From positions 57,970,001 through 58,034,000 of the forward strand of contig OZ241827.1 in assembly GCA_965202585.1 (NCBI GenBank): 64,000 nucleotides of DNA, given 5' to 3'. The position numbers and the translations under genes are program-made. Source of the stretch: Thalia democratica. Taxonomy: Eukaryota. The notes beneath the pieces were generated by a model, which had not been told where the DNA came from, did no database searches, and saw only the letters and a program-made list of their open reading frames with translations. Numbering within the stretch: position 1 is the stretch's first letter; each line of letters begins with the position of its first letter. Of this stretch, positions 35,201 through 44,100 are shown one piece after another.

Positions 35201-37864
35201 CGGGTTCCATCAACAACCTTGTCGGTTACCATGGCAACCTTGCCCGTCACGCTCGACCTGCAGTGGAGGGAACAGTGGGAGTTTAGGTCCTTCTGCAGCC
35301 TGTGGTCGATGAGGTCGGAGGCGGTCAGCACGGGAAGCGTCCACTTTTGCGTTGCCGAGTTGAAACTTTCGCACTGGCGTTGTCTGAAGCTTACAGAGAA
35401 CTGCGGGCAGTCCTGCAATTTATTTTTTAATTATGAAATTTGCTTATGTTTTTAACAAAAATTATCTAGAAGTTAATTTTTTATTCTACGTTTATAAACT
35501 TTATAAAATTGGGTATTTTTAATAAGATCCTCTTTTAATTATATGTTATATCAATCCAGCAAACAAAACTAATTTAGAGTTAAAAGTAGCTTCCTTTTTA
35601 AATATGTTTTCTTTAAGTTTTTGATAAAAGAAGACTGTAATTTAACTTTTTTGTCTGCATGTAGTTTATAAGATTTTTTTATAAAAAAAACTTTTATTTC
35701 TTATATGTTGTTATATCAACAACCTCAAACTATTTTTATGGTATCTAACTGTATCTTAACAATTATTTTTTACAACTAGTTAATACAAAAAGACTTCATG
35801 ATTCAATTACATTTTTCAACTATTACCTTAAAATAACAATTAACTTTAAATTTTTCCTCAATCTTTGTTTTTACATTACGAACATCATGACTAATTAAAG
35901 AGTGGCAGTGTAACAATTTCGTTATAAGGCTGAAAGCTTTGCACCATTATACATAAAACTATTCTGATAATAACTTCAATGGACGCCTGCATAATAGACT
36001 TTATTGATGCAAGGATTTGGTAAAACTTCTACAAACAAAACATTGTGAAACTTTAAACTTTGCTTAAACCCGGCTACTGTTTTCAAGCACCGCAGTTATC
36101 AAGAAACTTGCAAATACTTTAATACCCTTATTGGATCCCAACACACTGGAAAGTGTTTGCTTTGCGCTTATGAATGCTTTTCTCGTGTCTGCGGGTTACT
36201 ATGACTCACAACAACATAACTGACCTTACTACGACCAAATAGTTTATATTAGTAATTTGTTAGTAAAATACGTACCTCAGTCGAGCATAGTTTGTATCTA
36301 TGATTTTCTCCAATGCATGTTCTGCAAAACACTTGCGTTAAATAATTTTAAAACTAAATAAAAACGAACCTTTTAAAATCTTAATTTATTTTATTAAAAA
36401 TTTTATAACATAACAAGCAAAACTATTTAAAGCTAATAGCTAAACTATTTACAGAATAACTTACGTTTTATGATTTTTGAAATATTGCAAAATTTAAAGT
36501 GTTGCATACAAATGTAATACAGATGTTATATACAAAAATTACACCAAACTTAAATTTTCTGATGAATTTGCTTTTTTCTTAGATCAAACAGTTTGTAAAG
36601 ATCAAACACTTTTATTGAACGGGAATTTTATTGTGTTTATTGTATTTTTGGATCTTTAATTAAGGAAAAAGTTTATTTTTAAAGTTTAATTATTCACCAC
36701 AACCAAAGAAATTTAAAATTAAAAAAAAAATTCTAACCCATTTAAACAAGATCTTGAAGACTTAGAAATTCCAAAACCACAGGTTTTTGTACAATCTGAC
36801 CAAGTTGACCATTCTGACCAAAGAGTGCGCACCTGTTGGTATTTAGAATTTATATTTAATTAATAATTAAATATTTTACTACAACTTAAGTTTGTAGATT
36901 TGTTTAATAATCTAAACAAACTTTCAATGACATTATAAACGTAACAACCAACAATGTTGTATGAGAAACTAAATACATGAAATATAATTAATGCAATTTA
37001 CAAACACTATAAACATTTCAATTAATATAAGATAATAAATACTTACTAGTAGCTCAATAAAAAATATCTGAGTGCTCAAAAATTAAACAATAACTGATAT
37101 TTGAAATCAGTTAATCATAATAATTGATGCTTTACAATGATAAATCGACATGTAAAGATCCAATTATATGAAAAACAGCAAATTGAAAAAAATGAAAAAC
37201 TTGTTCATAGATATTTTTAAATCATTTATACTTTGAAAAGTTATGAAAATTTTCAATCTTACATGTTTGACTACGCTGTGCCACTCTTCATCATCGCCGC
37301 TTCCCCCTGTCACGTCATAATCCTCGTCGTCTGACGTCACGAATTCATCTGCCTTGACTATTATCTGCAAGAAAGTTAAAAGTGAAATACAAGGGGTATC
37401 ATGCTCAGAACGATTAGTTTCGAATGGATTAATAAAAACTTGCCAGTCATTTAAATGCAATAAAAATGTTTTTGCCGCTAAGCTCATGTTACACCTGCCA
37501 TACAAGGAATTTAATTTTATGTACTTTTAAATATTTTAATGATGGTCAGTACCATAAGTTTATTTTCTATAAAGAACCGTCACTTATAAGCTATCAAAAA
37601 ATACCTTAGCTTTACATAAACCTTCTTGAAACTCAATTATAACTTTTTTAATTATTTTAATTTATGGTTTTAAGTGTAGCTTTTATTATTTTAAAATTTT
37701 TTAATAATTCTAGTTTAAAAAATGTTTAAAAATATTTAAGCAAGGAATTTTTATTCCCCTGTTGTTTGAAAAGTGGTCATTTAAATCCATTCAAACGTTA
37801 TAAAACACTTGAAATCAACGTAAACAACAAAAAGGAAAGTTGCACAGGCACGCAATAATCTCAT
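2014..37864 (-). CDS. ADAMTSL1/3: ADAMTS-like protein 1/3 (punctin/MADD-4 family), 33 coding exons, ~1,719 codons; C-terminal PLAC exon not found in window; 1-nt frameshift in exon 17 as assembled
   Basis: Manual exon chaining with GT-AG sites and consistent phases. The architecture (13 TSRs, ADAMTS Cys-rich module, spacer, 4 Ig, no metalloprotease) and local sequence (e.g. [29 protein letters not shown]) follow long-form ADAMTSL1 as recalled. Confidence 0.92.
2402..2520 (-). CDS. ADAMTSL1/3: Exon 32: TSR12, [19 protein letters not shown]…[10 protein letters not shown]
   Basis: 119 nt, phase 0-2, GTACGT donor. Confidence 0.92.
2717..2924 (-). CDS. ADAMTSL1/3: Exon 31: TSR11, [16 protein letters not shown]…[17 protein letters not shown]
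   Basis: 208 nt, phase 2-0. Confidence 0.94.
3674..3857 (-). CDS. ADAMTSL1/3: Exon 30: TSR10, …[12 protein letters not shown]…[10 protein letters not shown]
   Basis: 184 nt, phase 1-2. Confidence 0.93.
4149..4364 (-). CDS. ADAMTSL1/3: Exon 29: Ig4, [18 protein letters not shown]…[24 protein letters not shown]
   Basis: 216 nt, phase 1-1. Confidence 0.94.
4437..4565 (-). CDS. ADAMTSL1/3: Exon 28: Ig4 start, DPPHISNDG…VKANTTVMM
   Basis: 129 nt, phase 1-1; followed by a 72-nt intron. Confidence 0.88.
5044..5226 (-). CDS. ADAMTSL1/3: Exon 27: Ig3, [11 protein letters not shown]…[26 protein letters not shown]
   Basis: 183 nt, phase 1-1. Confidence 0.93.
5783..6039 (-). CDS. ADAMTSL1/3: Exon 26: Ig2 end / Ig3 start, [22 protein letters not shown]…VVIRCPTRG
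   Basis: 257 nt, phase 2-1; DxGxYxC motif. Confidence 0.95.
6544..6829 (-). CDS. ADAMTSL1/3: Exon 25: Ig2 N-half, …[29 protein letters not shown]
   Basis: 286 nt, phase 1-2; Ig C…W motif. Confidence 0.93.
7046..7172 (-). CDS. ADAMTSL1/3: Exon 24: linker [42 protein letters not shown]
   Basis: 127 nt, phase 0-1; bridges to exon 25. Confidence 0.7.
7443..7549 (-). CDS. ADAMTSL1/3: Exon 23: linker [21 protein letters not shown]…YSDRK
   Basis: 107 nt, phase 1-0; donor GTTTTT weak, so the 3' boundary is uncertain. Confidence 0.65.
8454..8635 (-). CDS. ADAMTSL1/3: Exon 22: Ig1 C-half, [45 protein letters not shown]…
   Basis: 182 nt, phase 2-1; Ig Trp and Cys positions retained; donor GTTTAT weak. 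Confidence 0.85.
9090..9267 (-). CDS. ADAMTSL1/3: Exon 21: Ig1 N-half, …[37 protein letters not shown]
   Basis: 178 nt, phase 1-2, GTGAGT donor. Confidence 0.9.
9366..9543 (-). CDS. ADAMTSL1/3: Exon 20: TSR9, [19 protein letters not shown]…[12 protein letters not shown]
   Basis: 178 nt, phase 0-1, GTGAGT donor. Confidence 0.9.
9748..9933 (-). CDS. ADAMTSL1/3: Exon 19: TSR8, CSEQCGNG…[17 protein letters not shown]
   Basis: 186 nt, phase 0-0. Confidence 0.93.
10134..10353 (-). CDS. ADAMTSL1/3: Exon 18: TSR7 and TSR8 start, [16 protein letters not shown]…[17 protein letters not shown]
   Basis: 220 nt, phase 2-0. Confidence 0.94.
11181..11214 (-). CDS. Candidate 34-nt microexon, (V)[11 protein letters not shown], phase 1-2
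   Basis: tttttttttag acceptor, AG|GTTAGT donor, ~41% GC within very AT-rich intron. Confidence 0.45.
14134..14830 (+). repeat. Old diverged tandem duplication (units ~14134-14380 and ~14525-14830)
   Basis: Shared blocks ttattta.tctaataactaaataat, tctga.taaagtat.ataaa, tttaaaataaactta and aacttccaattaccaaaa. Confidence 0.75.
17184..17690. mobile_element. MITE-like element with ~150-bp diverged terminal inverted repeats
   Basis: 17184-17328 matches the reverse complement of 17521-17690 (…ccaat.tttt.atgacgtc.tat.ttattttgggtagttt…); TSD not resolved. Confidence 0.75.
18490..18770 (-). CDS. Candidate internal first coding exon of a short isoform: [29 protein letters not shown]…ASRKVRAQ
   Basis: AAAAAAATG start with upstream in-frame stop; hydrophobic N-region; GC-rich open frame; CA|GTTAGT donor in phase 2, in frame with exon 18. 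Confidence 0.5.
21533..21685 (-). CDS. ADAMTSL1/3: Exon 17: TSR6, [29 protein letters not shown] / [23 protein letters not shown] (frame switch near 21600)
   Basis: The two halves of the TSR Cys pattern lie in different frames. The exon is 153 nt where 154 is needed. Confidence 0.88.
24154..24322 (-). CDS. ADAMTSL1/3: Exon 16: KCFLGLCP…[18 protein letters not shown] (TSR5 end / TSR6 start)
   Basis: 169 nt, phase 0-1, GTGAGA donor. Confidence 0.92.
25474..25630 (-). CDS. ADAMTSL1/3: Exon 15: TSR5, [17 protein letters not shown]…[12 protein letters not shown]
   Basis: 157 nt, phase 2-0. Confidence 0.92.
26009..26102 (-). CDS. ADAMTSL1/3: Exon 14: basic linker [32 protein letters not shown]
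   Basis: 94 nt, phase 1-2; needed to reconcile exon 13 and exon 15 phases; tttttag acceptor, GTAAGT donor. Confidence 0.85.
26142..26247 (+). repeat. Intronic direct repeat, copy A (~105 bp)
   Basis: Identical to 27769-27873 apart from one T-run indel. Confidence 0.95.
26675..26807 (-). CDS. ADAMTSL1/3: Exon 13: TSR4, [16 protein letters not shown]…MECNKVCKK
   Basis: 133 nt, phase 0-1, GTTAGT donor. Confidence 0.92.
27072..27282 (-). CDS. ADAMTSL1/3: Exon 12: TSR3 and TSR4 start, [16 protein letters not shown]…[16 protein letters not shown]
   Basis: 211 nt, phase 2-0. Confidence 0.94.
27420..27467 (-). CDS. ADAMTSL1/3: Exon 11: linker [16 protein letters not shown]
   Basis: 48 nt, phase 2-2, cacaacag acceptor, GTGAGT donor. 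Confidence 0.8.
27769..27873 (+). repeat. Intronic direct repeat, copy B (~105 bp)
   Basis: Identical to 26142-26247 apart from one T-run indel. Confidence 0.95.
27909..28068 (-). CDS. ADAMTSL1/3: Exon 10: TSR2, GYKEMRQVC…[20 protein letters not shown]
   Basis: 160 nt, phase 1-2, GTATGT donor. Confidence 0.9.
29607..29781 (-). CDS. ADAMTSL1/3: Exon 9: spacer end / TSR2 start, …[11 protein letters not shown]…[10 protein letters not shown]
   Basis: 175 nt, phase 0-1, GTAAGC donor. Confidence 0.9.
30726..30871 (-). CDS. ADAMTSL1/3: Exon 8: spacer, DIVSEEK…[12 protein letters not shown]
   Basis: Spacer xGP motif; 146 nt, phase 1-0, GTAAGT donor. Confidence 0.87.
31116..31178 (-). CDS. ADAMTSL1/3: Exon 7: spacer, [21 protein letters not shown]
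   Basis: Spacer IPxxSxxI motif; 63 nt, phase 1-1. Confidence 0.85.
32238..32322 (+). repeat. Dispersed repeat fragment, copy 1
   Basis: tttacacaagtggca…gagtca…tgccttgtata.agtt…actcatacttca also found on the minus strand at 60170-60238. Confidence 0.7.
33132..33252 (-). CDS. ADAMTSL1/3: Exon 6: [32 protein letters not shown]…
   Basis: GCD…[13 protein letters not shown] hallmark; 121 nt, phase 0-1. Confidence 0.95.
35152..35412 (-). CDS. ADAMTSL1/3: Exon 5: [14 protein letters not shown]…VVDGTRC…VCIEGKCK (Cys-rich module)
   Basis: ADAMTS FRxxQC and VxDGTxC motifs; 261 nt, phase 0-0. Confidence 0.93.
36276..36321 (-). CDS. ADAMTSL1/3: Exon 4: [15 protein letters not shown] (TSR1)
   Basis: 46 nt, phase 2-0, GTACGT donor. 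Confidence 0.9.
36738..36832 (-). CDS. ADAMTSL1/3: Exon 3: TSR1 start, [32 protein letters not shown]
   Basis: WxxWxxW and CxxTCG motifs; AG/GT; phase 0-2. Confidence 0.93.
37263..37364 (-). CDS. ADAMTSL1/3: Exon 2: [34 protein letters not shown]
   Basis: ttgcag acceptor, GTAAGA donor, 102 nt, phase 0-0. Confidence 0.85.
37820..37864 (-). CDS. ADAMTSL1/3: ADAMTSL exon 1 (tentative): [15 protein letters not shown], signal peptide N-part
   Basis: ATG at 37864 downstream of a promoter-like island. A phase-0 join to exon 2 gives a good signal peptide (…VVYIIVKA/DE). The donor GTTGAT is weak. Confidence 0.55.
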
Positions 37865-38150
37865 AAATTTCAAATTCCTCAAAATTCAAACAAATCGTTG
37901 AACAAAAAGAAGCAAGCGGCAGAAGTGATTGCTCCAACAAACAAAAGCTTGCGTGACTGCGCGCACAAACCTCCACTGCTGCTGGGGGTTGGCGAGCAAA
38001 CAGCACGTGGTGAGAAGTTGTTACGTCACAAAGACCCGCCAAAAGCCTCTGTTTGTGACGTCACTGTTTTGTATCGAAGACAAGTTTTGTTTACGGCGAC
38101 GTTGACCGCGCAACCTACTTTGTTTTGTTTTTTGTCGGGCAATTAGCGAC
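37865..38150 (-). promoter_or_regulatory. Probable promoter/5'UTR island of ADAMTSL
   Basis: CpG-rich island just upstream of the ATG, with GTGACGTCAC (38055-38064), TTACGTCA (38021), CACGTG (38004) and a GC box (GGCGGG on minus, ~38035). Confidence 0.6.
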
Positions 38151-41100
38151 ATAGTGTTTACCTTCAATAAACGAGCAAATTACGCGCGAATTACGAAATA
38201 AAATTTTGTGTGTTTATCTGCGCGCTTTAATTTGCAATTTATTGAGCGCATTATCTTGTTTACGGATTGTTAATTGTTTATGAAGGTGAATGGCTTGTCT
38301 GGTTTTAATTTTGCGTGTCAATGTAAACTAATGCTTGCTTGTTATAATTTATCACGCAATGTTTAAATTTACATCATACAATAAAGTACATCAATCTACT
38401 GAGCCAGTTCATAACTTAGAACCCAATTAATTTTGTTTACAAAAACTTGATGTGTTTGATAAATTTTTTGCTTAGGGTGCCATTAATGCAGCATTAAATT
38501 TCTGCAAACGAGCACAAAAAATTTCAAATATTCAGACATATAAAATCAGGTATTTGTTAACAATCTATCAATCATTTAACATGTACTGACAGATGGGCTT
38601 ATGATACCACAAAGATATTTTAACATATTTACTCATTTAAAACTGATGTAAATTAAAGATACTTTCAAGCTTTTAAGTATGAAAACATCGAAAACCGAAA
38701 CTTTAACTTTCAATTTTCTGAACTGTGGTTATTTTTAAACTTAAAAGCATTAAATTAATCGACAAAAAATCATTTTCGTGAAGTTAAAACAAAAATTTTA
38801 CCAATTCAAGTTATTACTGATAATTACCGATTATTTAAAGACCTACTTTTAAACATAACATAATATGTGTTATCGCATCAAAGCATGGGAAAATGTCAAA
38901 ATTTCACCATTGTTTCTCAGACTTAAGCTGTTTTACTATATATAACAAAGCGAGTGTCATGTAATATCTTGTCATTTTGCTCAGTCACTAAACAGCAGAC
39001 GCTGTTATCTTGCACACAGTTATCAATTGCTGTAGTTAGGAGCGCGTTTTATTTGAAGAGCAAATACTTTCAATTGGCTCGGTCGCTACAGAAAAGTAAG
39101 ATAGCTGCAAGTATTCACCTGTAAGCTTATTTAAAAATATATTTCTATGAAAAGAATGATTTTTTTTTTCACATTTAGTTTTTTTTTTGAGAATCTAATT
39201 AACATACGTATAAGCACTAAATTTATTTTTTTTAAGTGTATGTGACCATGAAAAAAAACAAGTATTATTTCTCGGAAATTTATTTTGAATTAGTCGTTGT
39301 AAAAATGTTTCTAAAGAAAAAAAATCCAGAAGCAAATAAATATTATTTAAGCTCAAAAAAACTTTCTCCGGGTATACAATATCACAAGCGTAGGCGTTAC
39401 ACGAACAGTCACGAGTTTACAGCGAAATGACAAATGTTTATTTGAATTTTATTTTTATTTTTATTCGCTTGCAACCGCACAATCCTTCTCTGTCACAACT
39501 CGAGTGCCTTTTAAATATTTCACTTTTTATTTTTAAAATTTTGCGTTTAAGGCCAAAAAACGCCATCAGTTTACATTAGAAATTCCCTTTCAAGCACTTA
39601 AATTTTTTACCATCAGAGAATTTTTTACTTTAGGCTTGTCTGCCGTTGCTTGAAAAAATGAAAAGTCTGGAAAGGGTTTTGAAGCTGAAATAAATACTTC
39701 GACCCTGAAAGAATCTTATAAAAAGAAAGTATTTAAAGCTGTCGTGGTGAAAATTAGAAGGAGCTGTCAAGCGACTTAATCTCATTCTTCTTCGAGAGGC
39801 GAGTAAAACGCCCCTCAGATAAAAAGGAAAAGTTTTTGAAAAAAATACAGAAGCGAGTGCACTTCAAACCGTGCCACCAACTGAAATAAGAAATAAATTT
39901 AAAAGTTTAATCACGCCATGCCTTTCCCGTTCGCAGAGAGCCTCTTCACAATATGCTAGTATTAAATCTGGCGTTGCCATTAAAATTTGTTCAAAATATA
40001 AAGTAGCAAAGTAGCACAAGAGAGTTGAAGCGGTTGAAAATGTCTGATGATAAGAAAAAGTTAGTAGGTGGCTCGCCGATTTAATCACTGTGGAAAGTAA
40101 TTGTAAATAAGATCTGACAAGCATATAACCTTGGCTGACTTGCGCGGTGCTAATAACACGATTTCACTGCAAATTTCAAGTAATTAGCTGCTAAACCGCT
40201 GTTTTGTAAACATCAGGCGTCTTGGGTAGCTTTGAAGTTGCTGTGTTTCCAACAAAAAATACTTGTTTAATTGGGTTTAATTGTCCAGTAATAGCTTTAA
40301 GTTGTTTCAACACTTGAAGTAAAATTCATGTTAGTGCAAAAAAGCAGTTAACAATATATTCAAACTTGTCTGTTCCTTAATTAGCGTCTTAACTGTAAGT
40401 ATTAACAAGCCTGATAAAAAATATTTAACAAAACAGTACACAAATTCCAAATTGTTAATAGAAAGTCAACAACATGCTTGGCTTAAGGTTCGAGATTAAG
40501 CAAAATCCGCAGCATGGTAAAAATCCTGAGTAGAATTCTAACTAAAAAAAAGTCTGAAAAAATCAACTAAAATTGCGCGCGTGCCTTGACAGGCCACTGC
40601 TTATAATGCTGCTGAATTTTAAACTAAAATTAGAAATTCGAGCCATGAACTTGCCGCGAACGGAAGCATTCGAAGGTCGAGTATCACGGAGTGAATGATG
40701 TTTGACCAGAAAAAAAATAAATTTTGCGTGGGATGAATGTGCGGTGCTTAAAATAAAGAAGTTTTTTGTTTCATTGTGCTTTTTTAATAGGTTTTTTTTC
40801 AACAGCTGTTGTATTTTTTCGTGTTTTTGTTACTTGTGCACTTTCATTCATTGTTAAATATTTGCTTGCTACCTGTTTAAGCCTTGAAGCAAACAAGTTG
40901 TTGGGACAAAAGCGGTTTATATATAAAACTTTTGTTTTCATTTCTCGGCAAAAAAAAATTTGCATGCAAATAACGTTTATTTATATTTAATCCGTGTATT
41001 ATGCGTTTGTTTCACTCAAACCGCAGTAGGCAAGCTTTAATTTCGAGCAATGAAAAAACTGTAAATATGCTCACTTATTGCACGTGTTTCGCTGTATTAA

Positions 41101-44100
41101 CGTTCAAACTGAAAAACAAGTCAGCTGAGCACAATGGGCTCCTTTACATCAGTTTACCCTGGCAATTTCTCTTTTGTGAGCGAGATACTACGGCCTCAAT
41201 AAAAATCAACACAATCAAATACTTTGCATATTTCAATCTGTGTGTGCTTTTTTTTATAGAAAAAGACATATGGCATGATCGGTTTTTCGTCGTGCACACA
41301 CGAAGAAATGAAGCTTTGTAACGAACTTTTTTAAGCGTTTACGAGCTTTTTTTTTTGTTTCAGCTAGGTATTTGTGAATAAAATAATATTTTTGTATGCT
41401 TTGTTTACAAAATGTTTAACACAAACATATATTTAGCTTCTCGTAAAAACCGGTTAGAAATTCAAAAATTGCTCGAAATCCATTTAAGGTAATGGTAATC
41501 TGATTTAAACGAAGATGCGCAAAAGTTGAAAAAATAGTTTATTTAAGTGATAAATTTGTTATGAAATGCTTCTGAGAGGTAAAAGGGTATACTGTGTAAC
41601 TGAATACTATAATTTAAAAAGTCCGAAACCAGTTGGTATTAAGGTAACAAGTATTTTTGTGATATCATGTTATAAACTATTTTATAGCACTAAGTGTGTT
41701 TTGAATTTTAAAACATTTATATGAGGAATACAATTATTTTGTATTTTTTTCTACAAAGTTCAGTTATAAAGGTATAAACTTTTAAAATTTTTGTAAAATT
41801 TGTTTTAAAATTTAATACAAACTAAAACTTCCTGGCTGTAATTTAAAATAACATTAACATTAAAATGTTTAACTTTTATTCCACTAACTTGTTTTAAAAC
41901 ATTTATGACATAACAATCTAATTAAAACCTACTTAAGTTAACCTTAACAGTTTAAATGAACTTTTAAAAGCAATTGCTTTAGTGGTTTTAAGTTTCTTAA
42001 AGCTGTAACTTTTAAATATTAAAGTTTATAAGCTTAGCAAGTGTGAGAAATGTCCTAACAGAAATCGAAACTTCCTTTAAAACAGCTCTTAACTATTCAT
42101 GTACTTTTCTTATTTAGCTCATGTGTTCTTTTATTGATCCTAGTTGTTAAAAATAAGTTTGTCTATATATAGATGTTCAAAAATACTTATAATATACTTT
42201 TGTTTATGAAATGAATATTTTTATTAGCCTAAAGTTTCAAATTACTTTTAGTTTTGTATGCAAAATCTCTTTGCTTTTTTTCTTAACTTACAAATTAACT
42301 TGTTATGTTTAATTGTTCCTAGCCTATATGTTTATAAAAAATGCTGATAATAATAATACTTATAAGTGAATTTACTACAATAAAAAGAATGTTGATGAGT
42401 AGCTAGCTAATTTTACAAGTTATTTTGAAACACGTCAAAAATGTTTGCAGCAAATTTAACATGAATAAACTAAGCTGTAAAATGAATTTATTGCATAACA
42501 CATTTTTATAGCAGCAGATTATAAAGGTCAAACTGCTTATAAATTATTTATGTGTGCATACTTTAATATGATTTTGATAAAAATTGTTTCAAAACATGTC
42601 ATTTTCAGGCTTCGTTTTTTAATTAAGACCTGTGTATATGTTAGAAATTAGTTCTAAATAATTTACTGATTAGAAATAAAAATTGTTTATATAAAATTAA
42701 ATCTGATATTTTTTTAATACAAAACCAAAGCTTAACCCAAAGTACTAAAACCAAACTTTATCAGCCACAAAAGCCACCAAAGGCATTAAATAAGATTTGA
42801 TGTTTACGTTTGATACAAAAAACTTCGAAATTGTTCATGCAAAACGCTTTTAATTGATTGATTGTTTGCAGTTATCATGTTTAAGAATTCATCAGCGGAA
42901 AAGTTAAAAATAAGCAGCGTTGTTATCAATTTACTTTTATTTTTATCTTATTTGTGCTCTCTGTACGCACATCAAGAAAAAACGCAAACATGCAAACTGT
43001 TTAAAAAAAAAAGTAGTTGTTATCAGCTTGCCGTTTACAAAACAAATAAGAGTTTTGCTGAAACAAAACAAAAACGTTTCCTATTTTGTTCCGATCACGT
43101 TTTTGTGCCGACTGTTACTGGAATTCGTTAATTAAATTACCATGCTTAGTCAAATAAGTTGAACATAAGACTAAACACGCGGAAGACAGTTTTCAGGTTG
43201 AATAATTTGATTTTAATGACTAGAAGCATTAATTCTTCGCCGTTAAATTCGCTGTTTTTACGGATTTGGAACTTACTTGAACCTGAGTGTGGAGGTTCAA
43301 CTAGAGTAGAAAATTACCAAAAACAAACGGAATGTATTGAGAAACGCTCTCACTTGTTTCGGCCCATAGTTAATACTGAATGGCTTAACATGCACTTCTC
43401 AGTAAGCAATTGTTGCGTCATAATGTTTGCACAGGAATTTAATTCCTAAACCTCTCAGCGTTCTGAGAAGCTGACCGGCAGGTGCAATTTGACACTGTTC
43501 CACATGATTTCAGGGTAAAGGGCAAAGCGCTTGGTTGCCAAGCGACCAGGGGATTTGCTGACGTCTGAGAGACTTTAGAAAGCAATTTGTGATGCGATTT
43601 GAATGGATTGTGATGTAATTTCGCCGTAATCTTTATCCCGCTCAAGCCCCCATTAAAACAAAAGCAGAGGAGATAAACGACAAAAGTGATGTTTGCGACT
43701 GAGGTCGGGAAAAGCTTCAGACATACAGATTTCAGAGATTAAATTACTGGTAAAAGACAACAGTCGCTTCAATAAAGCAAGAGACAGGTTAAGACAGTTT
43801 TTATATTGAGCTTCTTAGCTCAAATCAATTAAAACAGTTGTACTTGCATTAGCTTTTAAGCATATTGTCATTATATATAGTTTTTATTGAGAAGAAATGT
43901 TTATAGTGATGTGTGTAAAAAACAAACCTTAATTTAACTTTAGGCTAAGCTTCTACAATATTCTTAACAGCTAAACAGAGTGATTAAAATGACTTTGGTT
44001 ACCTACAAGTAATTTTAGTGGTTATTAAAATTACTCATTAAAAAAAAAATCATACACACTTTAAGATATGTATACATAAAGCAGCTGCTTATTCTTTTAT

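Noticed and set aside
40572-40590. miR-124-like sequence (AAGGCACGCG on minus)
   Set aside because: Only 10 nt match and there is no precursor hairpin.
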